Positions 1 to 10,446 of a DNA stretch of 64,000 nt are shown here, piece by piece. Numbering within the stretch: position 1 is the stretch's first letter; each line of letters opens with the position of its first letter. A model generated the notes under the pieces. That model was given only the letters and a program-made list of their open reading frames with translations. It searched no databases and was not told where the DNA came from. Origin of the DNA: Marispirochaeta sp. Lineage in GTDB: Bacteria > Spirochaetota > Spirochaetia > JC444 > Marispirochaetaceae. A program made the position numbers and the translations under genes. The stretch lies in the NCBI GenBank assembly GCA_963676835.2, contig CAXXFF010000004.1, positions 160,001 to 224,000 on the forward strand, given 5' to 3'.

Positions 1-21
1 AGATACCACTTCCATACCGTT

Positions 22-852
22 TCAGCTGTCACCGGAAAGAGCGAAGGCTTCGGGAATAAAACGCTCAATGGCCTCGGCAACTCCGTTTTCCTGATGAGTG
101 CGTTCGGTTACAAAGCGGGCAACCTCTTTTACTTCATCCCGTGCATTGGCCATGGCTACACTTACACCGGCCCAGGAGAGCATGCCGTAATCGTTCATGG
201 AATCTCCGATGGCCATAACGTTCTCCACCGGGATATCCAGAACATCCGCCACATAGGCCAGGGCGGTGCCCTTGTCGGCATCGGCGCGGAGTATTTCGAG
301 GAAATAGGGTTTGGAAGTAAAGATATTGGCGGCATGGCCTAAAACAGCTTTAAGTTCCGCCTCTACCGGCTTCAGAGCCTCCGGATCACCGGGAATGACA
401 AATTTGGTTCGGGGCACCGTCAGGCTGGCACCGAAGGATTCAACCTGATGCCATCGCTGGCCGGTAAGCTTGCAGTCTTCGTCGGTGTAATGGCTGGGGC
501 CTGCCGCAAATATGTCGCCGTCGCCGTAATACTGCATGGTCATGCCGTGGCGCTGGACAATTTCCCAGGCTTCGATTCCCACAGCAGGCTCCAGAGGGCG
601 TTCCAGCACCACCGCCTCTGTTTCCGTAGAAACCACGGTGGCACCGTTATTGGTAATCATAAACCCCGGACGCCCCCACATTCCCAATTCCCGTCCAAAA
701 CGGCGCATGGAAAAGAGGGTCCGCCCTGAAGCAAGAAGGACCGTGACACCTGCGGCTTCCGCAGCTTTCACGGCCTTCATGTTTTCGTTACTTATTGTAA
801 GCTCCTCGGAAAGAAGCGTGTCGTCCAGATCATGAGCCAGTAGTCGTACCAT
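22..852 (-). CDS. Cof-type HAD-IIB family hydrolase
   Basis: DLDDTLL motif I, ASGR motif II, DKGTAL and GDSMND motif IV. Confidence 0.92.
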   Translation of the reverse strand: MVRLLAHDLDDTLLSEELTISNENMKAVKAAEAAGVTVLLASGRTLFSMRRFGRELGMWGRPGFMITNNGATVVSTETEAVVLERPLEPAVGIEAWEIVQRHGMTMQYYGDGDIFAAGPSHYTDEDCKLTGQRWHQVESFGASLTVPRTKFVIPGDPEALKPVEAELKAVLGHAANIFTSKPYFLEILRADADKGTALAYVADVLDIPVENVMAIGDSMNDYGMLSWAGVSVAMANARDEVKEVARFVTERTHQENGVAEAIERFIPEAFALSGDS

Positions 853-883
853 GGCCCTAATGTAACAACGGATTCCCTGCTTA

Positions 884-1936
884 TCAAGCGTCAGGCATGA
901 AGGAGCTTGTTACCTTATCCTCGGGGATATCCTTCTTGAGGACTTCCGGGTTAACAATGGAATCGGGCAGTTCTCCGTCGGCCATTTTAATTAAAGAATC
1001 AACCAGGGAACGGGCACATGCACAAACGGCATCCACATTATTGGCTGCTCCGGCAACATGGGGGGTACAGATTGCATTTTCACAGGCAAGCAGGGGATTG
1101 TCTGCGGGAACAGGCTCTTCCTCGAATACATCCGTTGCCGCACCGGCAATGACACCTTCATTGAGAACCTTTGCCAGAACCGCATCATCATAGATTCCGC
1201 CCCGGCTGGTATTGATAAAAAAGGCTGAGGGCTTCATCATCTTGAAGTGCTCTTCTGTAAGCATGCCCTTGGTACCGGATGTAAGGGGCATATGACAGCT
1301 CACATAGTCGGAGGTCTTCAGAACCTCTTCAAGGCTGACCAGCTTGATTCCCCTGGCGGCCATTTTCTTTTCATCAGCATAGGGGTCGTAAGCCTGAACC
1401 TTCATACCCATGGGTGCCACAAGTTCAACCAGACGCTGTGCGATTCCGCCGCTGGCAAGGAGTCCCAGGGTTCTTCCCTGAACATAGTAGGTGGTATAGG
1501 CATTTTTACCGTTAAACTGTTTTTCACGGATGTAGCTGTTAAAGAAGGTCAGCCGCATATTGAGAGCCATTATGAAGGCCAGGGCTGTTTCCGCAACAGA
1601 CTCCCGTAAACCACCGGGGGCATTTGAAAGGATTACATTGTGTCTGTTACATGCGGGAATATCCACATTCTCAAAGCCCGCACCAAAGCGGCCGACCCAT
1701 TTAAGGTTATTGCCTTCCATGGTGGCATCATTAACCAGGCGGTGCCCCATGATAATATAGTAATCAACCCCTTTCATCTCTTCCGCTGCCACATCATGGC
1801 TGGGTTTGGAATCGAGGGTACGCAGATATTTAAGTTCAAACCGGCCGTCTTTTTTCAGGCGGTCAATCTCTTCACTGTAGCCTTCGTATTTACCGCAGTA
1901 ATCATACTCGAAAGCGACAACATGTTTCTTACTCAT
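884..1936 (-). CDS. D-isomer-specific 2-hydroxyacid dehydrogenase (SerA/GhrB-like)
   Basis: RFGAGFENVD, INTSRGG, DVFEEEP and TPHVAG motifs; SD GGAG upstream. Confidence 0.9.
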   Translation of the reverse strand: MSKKHVVAFEYDYCGKYEGYSEEIDRLKKDGRFELKYLRTLDSKPSHDVAAEEMKGVDYYIIMGHRLVNDATMEGNNLKWVGRFGAGFENVDIPACNRHNVILSNAPGGLRESVAETALAFIMALNMRLTFFNSYIREKQFNGKNAYTTYYVQGRTLGLLASGGIAQRLVELVAPMGMKVQAYDPYADEKKMAARGIKLVSLEEVLKTSDYVSCHMPLTSGTKGMLTEEHFKMMKPSAFFINTSRGGIYDDAVLAKVLNEGVIAGAATDVFEEEPVPADNPLLACENAICTPHVAGAANNVDAVCACARSLVDSLIKMADGELPDSIVNPEVLKKDIPEDKVTSSFMPDA

Positions 1937-1972
1937 TGTGCAGCTCCTGTCTCTTGAACAAAAGATATAAAA

Positions 1973-2026
1973 AATTGTGTATACAATTCGTACCGCAATG
2001 CTATAGCATATTCAAGAGTGAGTCAA
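1973..2026 (-). promoter_or_regulatory. sigma70-type promoter with downstream GntR-like palindrome for the dehydrogenase gene
   Basis: Minus-strand TTGACT(2026-2021)-17-TAGCAT(2003-1998); palindrome AATTGT-GTAT-ACAATT at 1973-1988. Confidence 0.5.
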
Positions 2027-2109
2027 GAAATGACGTACAAAACCGGCGAAGAATTACTCTGATCTGGTCGACTCATGCAGAGATGAGAAGGATATGATAT
2101 CCTGATTAT

Positions 2110-2802
2110 ATGCGAAAGACAGAATTTATTACCGATTATGTTAAACACCCCGCCGGAAGCTGCCTTGCCTGCTTCGGCGACACCAAGGTTATCTGCACAG
2201 CCACCATCGAAGAGTCTGTGCCCCCGTTTTTGCGGGACAGCGGGTCCGGCTGGCTGACAGCGGAATATTCCATGCTGCCCGGCAGTACCGGAGGAGGCAG
2301 AAAGCGCCGTGACGGAGTAAAACGTGACGGAAGAGGCGTTGAAATAAGCAGGCTCATCGGACGCTCTTTAAGGGCTGCGGTGAAGCTGGATGCCCTTGGG
2401 GAAGTAAGTATTGTTATTGACTGCGATGTACTCCAGGCGGACGGCGGAACCAGAACTGCAGCTATTTCCGGCGGCTGGGTGGCCCTGTATCTGGCACTGG
2501 AAAAACTGGCGGCAGCCCAGGGAACAAGTGGTCCTGAAGCCTATTTAGCCGGACAGCTGGCCGCGGTAAGCGTCGGTATCGTAGATGGAGAAATTATCTG
2601 TGACCTCGATTATGCCCACGACTCCAGAGCAGAAGTCGATCTGAATGTCGTCATGAGGGATACGAACCTTGTCGAGGTTCAGGGCACCGGTGAAAAAGGG
2701 GTTTTTGACAGAAAGTCCCTGGACAAACTTCTGGATTCAGCAGAAACAGGCATTGCTGAAATAATAGCAAGTCAGAACAGAGCCCTGTCAAATCGCGGAT
2801 AA
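2110..2802 (+). CDS. rph: Ribonuclease PH
   Basis: GWLTAEYSMLP, EISRLIGRSLR and DCDVLQADGGTRTA signatures. Confidence 0.97.
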   Translation: MRKTEFITDYVKHPAGSCLACFGDTKVICTATIEESVPPFLRDSGSGWLTAEYSMLPGSTGGGRKRRDGVKRDGRGVEISRLIGRSLRAAVKLDALGEVSIVIDCDVLQADGGTRTAAISGGWVALYLALEKLAAAQGTSGPEAYLAGQLAAVSVGIVDGEIICDLDYAHDSRAEVDLNVVMRDTNLVEVQGTGEKGVFDRKSLDKLLDSAETGIAEIIASQNRALSNRG

Positions 2803-2822
2803 CCTGTATTATACGAAATGAC

Positions 2823-2866
2823 AAAAAAACGCCGGAAGGACAACTCTGTCTTTCCGGCATTTTTTA
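2823..2866. terminator. Bidirectional intrinsic terminator
   Basis: A-tract, GCCGGAAGGACA-ACTC-TGTCTTTCCGGC hairpin, T-tract; lies between convergent genes. Confidence 0.8.
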
Positions 2867-2902
2867 TATAGGCTTCTAAAACTGTCTCTGGAAAGAGGGG
2901 TT

Positions 2903-3721
2903 TCAGAAAGAATCGAGACGGGTTTTATAGCCGGTTTTGTTGGAAGTAAGTTCCCCGGTAATGGCAGTGTCATCAGTGAGGTTCTCCCAGGAATACTTCA
3001 CAATATCTCCTGGAACCTTGTCTGCCAGCCACCATTCATACCGGACTTCATACCCCTCTTCACCTTCTGTTTCGGGAACATAGGTATCTTCAATAAGAAA
3101 GTGTTCTGCAGAATAGGAACCGGCAGGAACTGTCACAGATACCTTTCCTGTGGAGAAGTTTTTAAAGTCGCCGTCATAGAATCCCACTTCCTCAGCGGTT
3201 TCCTCTTCAACTTCAGTGCTCTCAACAGACTCCTCCTGCTCGGGAATCCATTCCCGTACACTGTCGGTCTCCGCATCGTAATAACGGAACTTCAGCAGGG
3301 TGTACTCATCATCAACCAGTGCTTCGGAGATAAACTCCTCTTCGTTTTCGGCCTTATAGCGAAGGAACCACCAGGCGGTACCGTCTGAGTTACGTTTCAA
3401 CAGGGCCCGTTCGACCTGTACAGAGCTTTCGCTTTCATCGTTTCTGGAAGTAATGTTCCAGGCAACGCCTTCACCTTCACTGAAATCTTCATACCCCGCA
3501 CCATAGCCGCCGGCATAGAACACCTGAGCGTACATAATGGTTGCGATCATGGAGTCTTCCAGAGCACCGAGGCCGACCGCATCTGCCATGGCCTGGTTCA
3601 TCCGGGCTTCAGTTTTACCCAGCAACGATCCGGACATAAGATCGTCAAAGGAAATACATCCGACAAGGGATCCAGCCAGGATCAGGACAAGGAAAAAACC
3701 TGCAAATCTTCTCATATTCAT
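2903..3721 (-). CDS. Acidic lipoprotein of unknown function
   Basis: Signal peptide with lipobox LVGC; VTVPAGSY motif; SD GGAG. Confidence 0.75.
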   Translation of the reverse strand: MNMRRFAGFFLVLILAGSLVGCISFDDLMSGSLLGKTEARMNQAMADAVGLGALEDSMIATIMYAQVFYAGGYGAGYEDFSEGEGVAWNITSRNDESESSVQVERALLKRNSDGTAWWFLRYKAENEEEFISEALVDDEYTLLKFRYYDAETDSVREWIPEQEESVESTEVEEETAEEVGFYDGDFKNFSTGKVSVTVPAGSYSAEHFLIEDTYVPETEGEEGYEVRYEWWLADKVPGDIVKYSWENLTDDTAITGELTSNKTGYKTRLDSF

Positions 3722-3877
3722 ACTTATTGCTCCTGCAAATAGATTACATAGTATGAAAATACTTCACCCTTTTCTGAAAAAGGTCAACACTCTGATATGC
3801 CGCCTTGTGGGATCTTTATTCTCATTGCTTTTGCCGGAAAAAATGGTATGCTCTTAGGTAGAAGAAGGCAACAGAAG

Positions 3878-5428
3878 ATGAAAGCAGCCGTAGTACGCAT
3901 CAACGCACTTTCCGCTTTACTTTTTTTCTGCATTTTTCCTTTACTCCAAGAGCTGAACGCAACTCCCCTGATTATCGGCTCCGAACCGGACTATCCCCCT
4001 TTCTGCACAATGGATGAGAATGGAGAGGCCTCAGGTTTTTCCGTTGACCTTTTCAGGGCAAGTGCCGAGGCCATGGGCTATGACGTTCAGTTTGTCGTAA
4101 GACCGTGGAATATCCTGCTTGAGCAGCTCAGAAACGGTGAGATAGATGCTCTTCCCCTGGTTGGATACTCAGAGAGCCGGGCGGAGTATCTTGATTTCAC
4201 CTTTCCCTACACAACCCTGCGGGGTGCGGTTTTTGTTCGCAGGAGCGAGAAAAACATACATACCCTTGAGGATCTCAAGGCGCGGGATATACTCGTCATG
4301 CAGGGAGATAATGCAGACGAATACATAAGCCGGAACAATATATCGGATTCAATTATCCGAACTGATTCGTTTGATATAGCCTTCAGACTGCTTCAATCCG
4401 GAGCTCATGATGCAGTAATTGCCCAGAGGCTTATGGGAGAAAAGCTGCTTGAGGAAATGGAGATTGATTCCATTGTTCCTCTGGATATCGAACTGCCGGG
4501 ATTTGCACAGCAGTTTCGCTTTGCCGTAACCAGAGGAAACAGTAAACTTCTGGAAGATCTCGATACCGGATTACTGCAGACAATATCAGATGGAACCTAT
4601 TTCCGTCTTCATACTGAATGGTTCAAAGCACAAGATTGGCACGATATTCCTCTACAGGAAAAACTCTATTCCCTGTTATGGATAATTATTCCGGTGCTGC
4701 TGATACTCCTGGTCACTTTTATTCTTTACCTGCGCCTGGATATACAACGAAAAACACGCAGGCTTAAAGAGGAGATCAAGCAAAGACAGGAGACAGAAGA
4801 GTCTCTTCACAAGCTGCTCAAGGAAAAAGAGACCCTACTGAAAGAGGTGCATCACAGAATCAAGAATAACTTTGCCACGGTGGAAAGCCTTTTATCACTT
4901 CAGGCAGCAGAGATGAAAAACGACGAAGCAAAATCTTCCTTACTCAATTCCATGAGCAGGGTAAGCAGCATGAGACTTCTGTACGATAAAATGCTTTTAT
5001 CTGATAACTATAAAAGTACGTCATTAAGGTTTTATCTCTCCAATCTTATAGATGAGATTATCCAGCTGTATCAGGGCGTAACAGAAATTCGGGTGGAATC
5101 GCATATTGACGATATAGTCCTGGAACCGGGAATACTCTTTTCCCTCGGCCTTATGGTTAATGAGCTCATGACCAACTCGTTTAAATATGCCTTCCCTTCC
5201 GCAAAGGATGGACAGCTGAGCATCGAGGTTAGGACCGATGACACCATGCTCTACCTCAGGATGCAGGACAACGGAAATGGACTGCCGAAAAACTTCGTAC
5301 TCGAAAATCAGGAAGGATTCGGTCTGAACCTGGTCCAGATGCTGGTGGAACAGTATCTGGGGGAGTTCAGCATGAAATCGGATGGAGAAGGAACCTCTGC
5401 CGATATCAGCATTCATCTTCCCAAGTGA
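3878..5428 (+). CDS. Sensor histidine kinase with periplasmic amino-acid-binding (SBP_bac_3) domain, HisKA_2 type
   Basis: DYPPF binding domain, TM helix, KEVHHRIKNN H-box, NELMTNSFKYA and DNGNG; start uncertain (3797/3848/3878). Confidence 0.9.
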   Translation: MKAAVVRINALSALLFFCIFPLLQELNATPLIIGSEPDYPPFCTMDENGEASGFSVDLFRASAEAMGYDVQFVVRPWNILLEQLRNGEIDALPLVGYSESRAEYLDFTFPYTTLRGAVFVRRSEKNIHTLEDLKARDILVMQGDNADEYISRNNISDSIIRTDSFDIAFRLLQSGAHDAVIAQRLMGEKLLEEMEIDSIVPLDIELPGFAQQFRFAVTRGNSKLLEDLDTGLLQTISDGTYFRLHTEWFKAQDWHDIPLQEKLYSLLWIIIPVLLILLVTFILYLRLDIQRKTRRLKEEIKQRQETEESLHKLLKEKETLLKEVHHRIKNNFATVESLLSLQAAEMKNDEAKSSLLNSMSRVSSMRLLYDKMLLSDNYKSTSLRFYLSNLIDEIIQLYQGVTEIRVESHIDDIVLEPGILFSLGLMVNELMTNSFKYAFPSAKDGQLSIEVRTDDTMLYLRMQDNGNGLPKNFVLENQEGFGLNLVQMLVEQYLGEFSMKSDGEGTSADISIHLPK

Positions 5429-5473
5429 CTAAAGAGCCTTATGGTTACCTTTCGATATAGACATCCTCTAACG

Positions 5474-5502
5474 TTGACACCCCCGGCCTATTTCACTACT
5501 AT
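5474..5502 (+). promoter_or_regulatory. sigma70 promoter of tRNA-Arg
   Basis: TTGACA-17bp-TACTAT ending 11 nt before the tRNA. Confidence 0.8.
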
Positions 5503-5513
5503 TCTCACCACAC

Positions 5514-5580
<67 letters not shown>

Positions 5581-5587
<7 letters not shown>

Positions 5588-5630
5588 AAAAGAAAGGACC
5601 AGCTTCGGCTGGTCCTTTCTTTTTACCCCC
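5581..5630 (+). terminator. Intrinsic terminator within a perfect 23-bp inverted repeat
   Basis: GGGGGTAAAAAGAAAGGACCAGC-TTCG-GCTGGTCCTTTCTTTTTACCCCC. Confidence 0.85.
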
Positions 5631-5648
5631 TATGTGTGCGGAACACAA

Positions 5649-5813
5649 GCGCGTTCGAATCGTGTGCAGGAATCCGCCAAAGGCGGTATTCCAACCCAAG
5701 GCTATGACAGGGTTTTCCCTTATGGGAAAAGCCCGAGAATAGCCGCAGTGGCCAGCGATTCGCGAAGCGATATCGCGAGCCGAAGGTTTACGCAGTAAAC
5801 CGAACGGTCGGGG
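5649..5813. repeat. tRNA-linked multi-hairpin element (REP-like) bracketed by pieces of a tRNA 3' end copy
   Basis: GCGTTCGAATCG at 5651 repeats tRNA 5565-5576; four hairpins follow; ends in GTCGGGG. Confidence 0.55.
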
Positions 5814-5865
5814 AACCTGATTACAGCTTTTCCCTCAAATACGAGTATAACCGTCGGCTGCCATA

Positions 5866-6486
5866 CTACAGAACCTTGAAGACAAGCACTTCACAGGTGG
5901 AATCCTCTTCTTTAACATACTCAATGGTCTGCTTTTCAAGTAATTCCCATTTATCCTGCCTCTCCAAATCGGAGGTAATCTCACTATAATTTTGATCCTT
6001 CCAGGCATCTGTTTTCACAGTAAAGCAGACTGTACCGCCAGACCGGATGATTCGTACAAGTTCATACAACGCACCTGGCCCGACATGACCGAAGGTAAAA
6101 GTACCGACACTGATTAGTGCATCATAGGAACCAGACGCTATATCCAGCGGCTTATTCAGGTCTGCCTGAATGAGTTTTTTATATACATTTTTCTTCTGTG
6201 CCTGAGCCAGCATTGCCTCGGAATAGTCCAGACCGTCTATGGTACTGATCCCTCTCCCGGACAAAAGAGAACCAATAATCCCGGTTCCGCAGCCCACATC
6301 CAATACTTTGTTTTCATTATCCACACCAGACCGAATAAATATATTTACTGTTATTGCAGGAGCCGGGTATCCCATTTCATTGAGTAAATCATTATCATAG
6401 CTTTCCGCCCACTTACCGTACACTGCTGCCAGATCATCTGCAGTCTCAGCACTTATCGCCTCTTCATGTATTTCGCGTCTTCCCAT
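5866..6486 (-). CDS. Class I SAM-dependent methyltransferase
   Basis: VLDVGCGTG motif I, DYSEAML, YDxWAxxYD-like N-terminus; SD GGGAG before ATG 6486. Confidence 0.9.
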   Translation of the reverse strand: MGRREIHEEAISAETADDLAAVYGKWAESYDNDLLNEMGYPAPAITVNIFIRSGVDNENKVLDVGCGTGIIGSLLSGRGISTIDGLDYSEAMLAQAQKKNVYKKLIQADLNKPLDIASGSYDALISVGTFTFGHVGPGALYELVRIIRSGGTVCFTVKTDAWKDQNYSEITSDLERQDKWELLEKQTIEYVKEEDSTCEVLVFKVL

Positions 6487-6651
6487 TGCACAACTCCCTT
6501 TTAATAAACTATTAAGGCTCAAAGAAACCTTTTATATACGGCACGGCCGCTTATGCCATAACCATGGTACCTTCCCGTTCCGGGATTGTACAGGAACTAA
6601 AAAAACAATGAACACTTTATTCCCCTCCTCTAATTCTCTATACTCTTACCT

Positions 6652-7830
6652 ATGAACAAGATGCCCTCCAAAACCAGATGTATCGGAATCCTCACCTCCG
6701 GCGGAGACTGCCCCGGGTTGAATGCAGCCATCCGCGGTGTCGCCAAGGCGGCCATGAACAACTACGGGATTAAGGTTGTCGGTATTCAGGACGGGTTCCG
6801 CGGCCTGGTGGAAAACCGCACCATGATTCTGGACGACAGAAATGTTTCCGGGCTCCTGACCATGGGAGGAACCATCCTCGGCACAAGCCGCGACAAGCCT
6901 CACAAAATGCCCATGGGGGGCAAGAAGCAGGACATGACCATGGCAGCTGTGGAAAATATCCGGCGTCATCAGATTGACTGCCTGGTATGTCTCGGAGGAG
7001 GCGGCACTCAGAAGAATGCCTACCACCTGCACACCAAAGGAGGCATAAACGTTATTACCCTCCCGAAAACAATCGATAACGATGTCTGGGGTACCGATGT
7101 TACCTTCGGCTTTGATACCGCCATGGGAATTGCAACCGAAGCAATCGACAGGCTTCACACCACCGCCACCAGCCATCACCGCATAATTGTCTGTGAGATT
7201 ATGGGAAACAATGCCGGATGGCTCGCTCTGGGAGCTGGAGTTGCCGGAGGCGCCGATGTAATTCTGATTCCGGAAATTCCCTACGATCTCAATGCAGTAG
7301 CCGAGCACCTTACCGAACGACGCCGGACAGGAAAACGGTTTTCCATAATCGCCATAGCAGAGGGTGCACGCTCCATTGCCGAAGTTGAAGCTGCCGGTCT
7401 GTCAGAGGATGATGAGAAAAAATCAGATAAAGACGAGATCCGCTTCGACGAGCAGGGATTTCCCTACCATCCGGTAAAGGAGCCCAAGGCGTCACAGCTT
7501 ACCCGGCAGATACAGGAACTTACCGGCATAGAAGCCCGGGTTACCTTTCTCGGCCATGTACAGCGGGGAGGCATCCCCTCCGCCACAGACAGGCTTTACA
7601 GCACCCTGTTAGGAACAAAAGCTGCTGAACTGCTGGCTGCAGGCGAATACAATGTAATGGTCTCGATAGAAGGAAAAACCTGTACCTCCATCCCCCTTGG
7701 TGAGGTCGCGGGCAAAAAGAAAACTGTACCTTTTGATCATCCCTGGATCCGCAGTGCCCGGCTGGTGGGAACCTGCCTGGGAGAACCGAAGAAAACCGCA
7801 ATTGGAACAGAGGGAAAAAAAGGAAATTAA
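6652..7830 (+). CDS. pfkA: 6-phosphofructokinase (probably ATP-dependent)
   Basis: [24 protein letters not shown] (Gly at the phosphoryl-donor specificity site), [21 protein letters not shown]. Confidence 0.95.
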   Translation: MNKMPSKTRCIGILTSGGDCPGLNAAIRGVAKAAMNNYGIKVVGIQDGFRGLVENRTMILDDRNVSGLLTMGGTILGTSRDKPHKMPMGGKKQDMTMAAVENIRRHQIDCLVCLGGGGTQKNAYHLHTKGGINVITLPKTIDNDVWGTDVTFGFDTAMGIATEAIDRLHTTATSHHRIIVCEIMGNNAGWLALGAGVAGGADVILIPEIPYDLNAVAEHLTERRRTGKRFSIIAIAEGARSIAEVEAAGLSEDDEKKSDKDEIRFDEQGFPYHPVKEPKASQLTRQIQELTGIEARVTFLGHVQRGGIPSATDRLYSTLLGTKAAELLAAGEYNVMVSIEGKTCTSIPLGEVAGKKKTVPFDHPWIRSARLVGTCLGEPKKTAIGTEGKKGN

Positions 7831-9029
7831 AAACCTGCTGCAGGAATCAACCGTACTTCCAGATAGCCGTTACCCGGCGGAATTTCAAACAGAGTCTCAG
7901 GCTTTTCTGTGGATTTTTCCAGAATCGAAGTAAACTGAAAATCTTCAGAGTCTGAAAATAATACATCCACCAGCCGGCACTCTGCAGGGGAAATAAGAGA
8001 CAAAGTTACGGGCATGTAATACTCTTCAGGGTCCAATTGGCTGCTGTATCGGTAACGGTAAATCCCCGCCTCTTCATTAAAATCAACCAGATATATTTCC
8101 AGACTGTTCCGCTGCTCAATGTAGCGGGCAGCATCGCCGAAAGTGGCAAACCAGAAATTCTCAGCCTCCAGCTTATCCAGAATTAATCTGAAGATCTCAA
8201 GAGGCAGCGCCTCCCAGCCCAATACCTCTTGTTCTATTCCGGGAGACTCAATCCCGTGAAAGTTCGGCACCAGCCAGCCGCGGCTGCCGAGAATAGTGTC
8301 CATAACAGCAGTCAGCCGGGCTTCGGTATCTCGCTGCAGGATGCCCCGGGCCCCGACGGCGTAGATATTTTCCGGGGTGTCACCGACGACTCCACCGAAA
8401 CGGGGGTGCTCAGGGTCATCGGATATTCCTCCGCTACGGGCAGCGCTGAAAAAGGATGCCGCAGCCTTTAGGGCTTCGGGAGAAGTCCGCCAGTAGGGCC
8501 AGCCGAAACTGAAAACAGGTACCCCGGGCAGTTCCCGCCGGAGATCCTCAGCAGATTGGGTCATTTCCGCCAGGGCCTGATCCGGGTGGGCCGCAAGATC
8601 AACATGATGTGCCGAATGGCTTGCAATTTCGTGTCCGCTTCCGGAGAGAACCCGGGCATCATCCCATGAGAACAGGCGGTATCTTGTCTCGCCATCCATC
8701 CAGTATCCCTGGTTCATACAATCGGTAATAACAAAAAAAGTGGCAGGGATTCCCCTGGAGTCAAGCTCCGGATAGGCGGCAAGAAACTGATCAAGGGTGC
8801 CGTCATCGAAGGTAATGGAACAGGCAGCCCGGGCATTACCGTACCAGGGAACTGGAGAAACTATGGGAGCAGAAGGACACTTGAGGGTTTCTTCCGCAAC
8901 GCTTTCACTGGCTGTCTCTGAGATTTTTCCTGCCGGTGGGGTCGATGCACAACTGCCGAGAATTCCCATACCGCAGAGGAGAACCAGAATTATTCTGCCT
9001 GCAGGCTGTTTATAAACCGGGGTATTCAT
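7827..9029 (-). CDS. Polysaccharide deacetylase (NodB/CE4) family, probable lipoprotein
   Basis: [15 protein letters not shown], FxWPY motifs; LGSC lipobox-like signal; SD GGAGG. Confidence 0.85.
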   Translation of the reverse strand: MNTPVYKQPAGRIILVLLCGMGILGSCASTPPAGKISETASESVAEETLKCPSAPIVSPVPWYGNARAACSITFDDGTLDQFLAAYPELDSRGIPATFFVITDCMNQGYWMDGETRYRLFSWDDARVLSGSGHEIASHSAHHVDLAAHPDQALAEMTQSAEDLRRELPGVPVFSFGWPYWRTSPEALKAAASFFSAARSGGISDDPEHPRFGGVVGDTPENIYAVGARGILQRDTEARLTAVMDTILGSRGWLVPNFHGIESPGIEQEVLGWEALPLEIFRLILDKLEAENFWFATFGDAARYIEQRNSLEIYLVDFNEEAGIYRYRYSSQLDPEEYYMPVTLSLISPAECRLVDVLFSDSEDFQFTSILEKSTEKPETLFEIPPGNGYLEVRLIPAAGF

Positions 9030-10380
9030 CGGGAGGGACCTCCATATTCCATCTGCGTACTGCATAATATTCATTCCTTATGGCATGAACCATCTCTACA
9101 CCGAATACGGCAGCATCCGCCTGAGTCTGATGTGACAGTAAGGCCTCGGTCTGACGCTTCAGCACCTTCTCCCGGCTCACCGCCAGTGCATCGGGGTACA
9201 GTTCATGCTGCCGGGGGTCAACCGCAAGCAGATGCGACCCGGGAAGATTGAGACCGTGATACTTCATATAGTCCAGAGCTGCTGCAACCGCTATACCGGT
9301 ACTCTCATGTTCAAAGTGCTCCCTCGAAGCGGAAGGCCCGTCGGGCGACACGATAATCGCCGGATTCAGAGTTTGTATTACTTCGGCAATCCGTGCGGCC
9401 AGGGGTTCTTTTCCACCCCATGAATCAAGCACCTCATTATGGGTCATAACATCCGCCAGCCCGTTATAGGGATGATTGGGAAGTCCGAAGCGGATAAACA
9501 GATCACAACCAAGAATTTTCAGCGCAGCTTCCACCTCCCGAAGACGGATCTCCGGCAGGTTCTCCCTTTTGCCCGCATACCCCTCACGGAAAATACCCGA
9601 TTCCCCGTCGGTAAGGAGCAGTACCGCGGTACTCTTACCTTCAATATCCAGACGGGACAACAGGGCCCCGTAATCCAGGGACTCATCATCCGGATGGGCG
9701 TGAATAAAAAGAACATCCACTTTAACAGCCGGAACAGCTCCCCCCGGGGGAATTTGAATGAGATCCGTTGATGCAGAAATTGCAACATCCCGGCGGGCAG
9801 GAATCTTTTCTTCAGTTATTGCTTCAAGCGCTGTGTCCTGAGGCTGCGTCTGTTCCATGCCGGGCAGAATCAGAGTAAAGGAAAGCAGGCCCGAAAGAAT
9901 TGGGATCAAAAAAAACAGAAGAGAAAGATTAAGTATCCTGGCAGATATTTCCCTGGTGCTGGAAGAAGAGAGCACTCCACCGACCCTGCCGAGGTATCGC
10001 ATTTTCCAACCCGACCAGCGGAGAAAATCACCCGGGGCAAGACTGCCCCGTAGAGTACTTACACCGGAAACAACCATTGTCTTTTTGGAAACTACCTGCA
10101 AGCGGCCGTCGATAAACGTGAGGGCCAGATCCGTCTTCTTTAACCTGGAAGAGAGCCATAACTGACTTGAAAAAAAACCGGAACCGTCAAAAATAAAACT
10201 GTTTAATCCGGGATTTTCGAGATAGATATCTTCTGAGGTACCCTCATGTTCCATTGAGAGGTATAGACTGTCCCCGGAGAATGAAAACAGCCCCTCTCTT
10301 GCCTTACGCAGGAAAAGATAGAGAACCGGGAACAATAAAATTAAGGGAATAAGTAAGATTGCAGCCAAAAACGGATACAC
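9010..10380 (-). CDS. Membrane-anchored PIG-L/LmbE family N-deacetylase
   Basis: AHPDDE, LTDGE, RxxE, HFEH and HQTQ motifs; two N-terminal TM segments. Confidence 0.85.
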   Translation of the reverse strand: MYPFLAAILLIPLILLFPVLYLFLRKAREGLFSFSGDSLYLSMEHEGTSEDIYLENPGLNSFIFDGSGFFSSQLWLSSRLKKTDLALTFIDGRLQVVSKKTMVVSGVSTLRGSLAPGDFLRWSGWKMRYLGRVGGVLSSSSTREISARILNLSLLFFLIPILSGLLSFTLILPGMEQTQPQDTALEAITEEKIPARRDVAISASTDLIQIPPGGAVPAVKVDVLFIHAHPDDESLDYGALLSRLDIEGKSTAVLLLTDGESGIFREGYAGKRENLPEIRLREVEAALKILGCDLFIRFGLPNHPYNGLADVMTHNEVLDSWGGKEPLAARIAEVIQTLNPAIIVSPDGPSASREHFEHESTGIAVAAALDYMKYHGLNLPGSHLLAVDPRQHELYPDALAVSREKVLKRQTEALLSHQTQADAAVFGVEMVHAIRNEYYAVRRWNMEVPPDEYPGL

Positions 10381-10382
10381 CT

Positions 10383-10421
10383 AAAAAATGCCGGGGTCCT
10401 GCAGAAAGGACTCCCCGGCAT
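10383..10421 (-). terminator. Intrinsic terminator/attenuator between the secreted protein and PIG-L genes
   Basis: ATGCCGGGG...CCCCGGCAT hairpin with T6 tail on the minus strand. Confidence 0.7.
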
Positions 10422-10446
10422 TATTCTTATCTGACCATCTGAAAAA

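Noticed and set aside
5631..5700. Second complete tRNA
   Set aside because: Only a T-arm-like segment is present; no D-arm, anticodon arm or acceptor stem
6646..7308. 220-aa ORF antisense to pfkA (similarly 26386..27153, 29866..30738, 46941..47633, 48946..49815, 50222..51040)
   Set aside because: Shadow ORFs opposite well-supported genes, with no recognisable motifs
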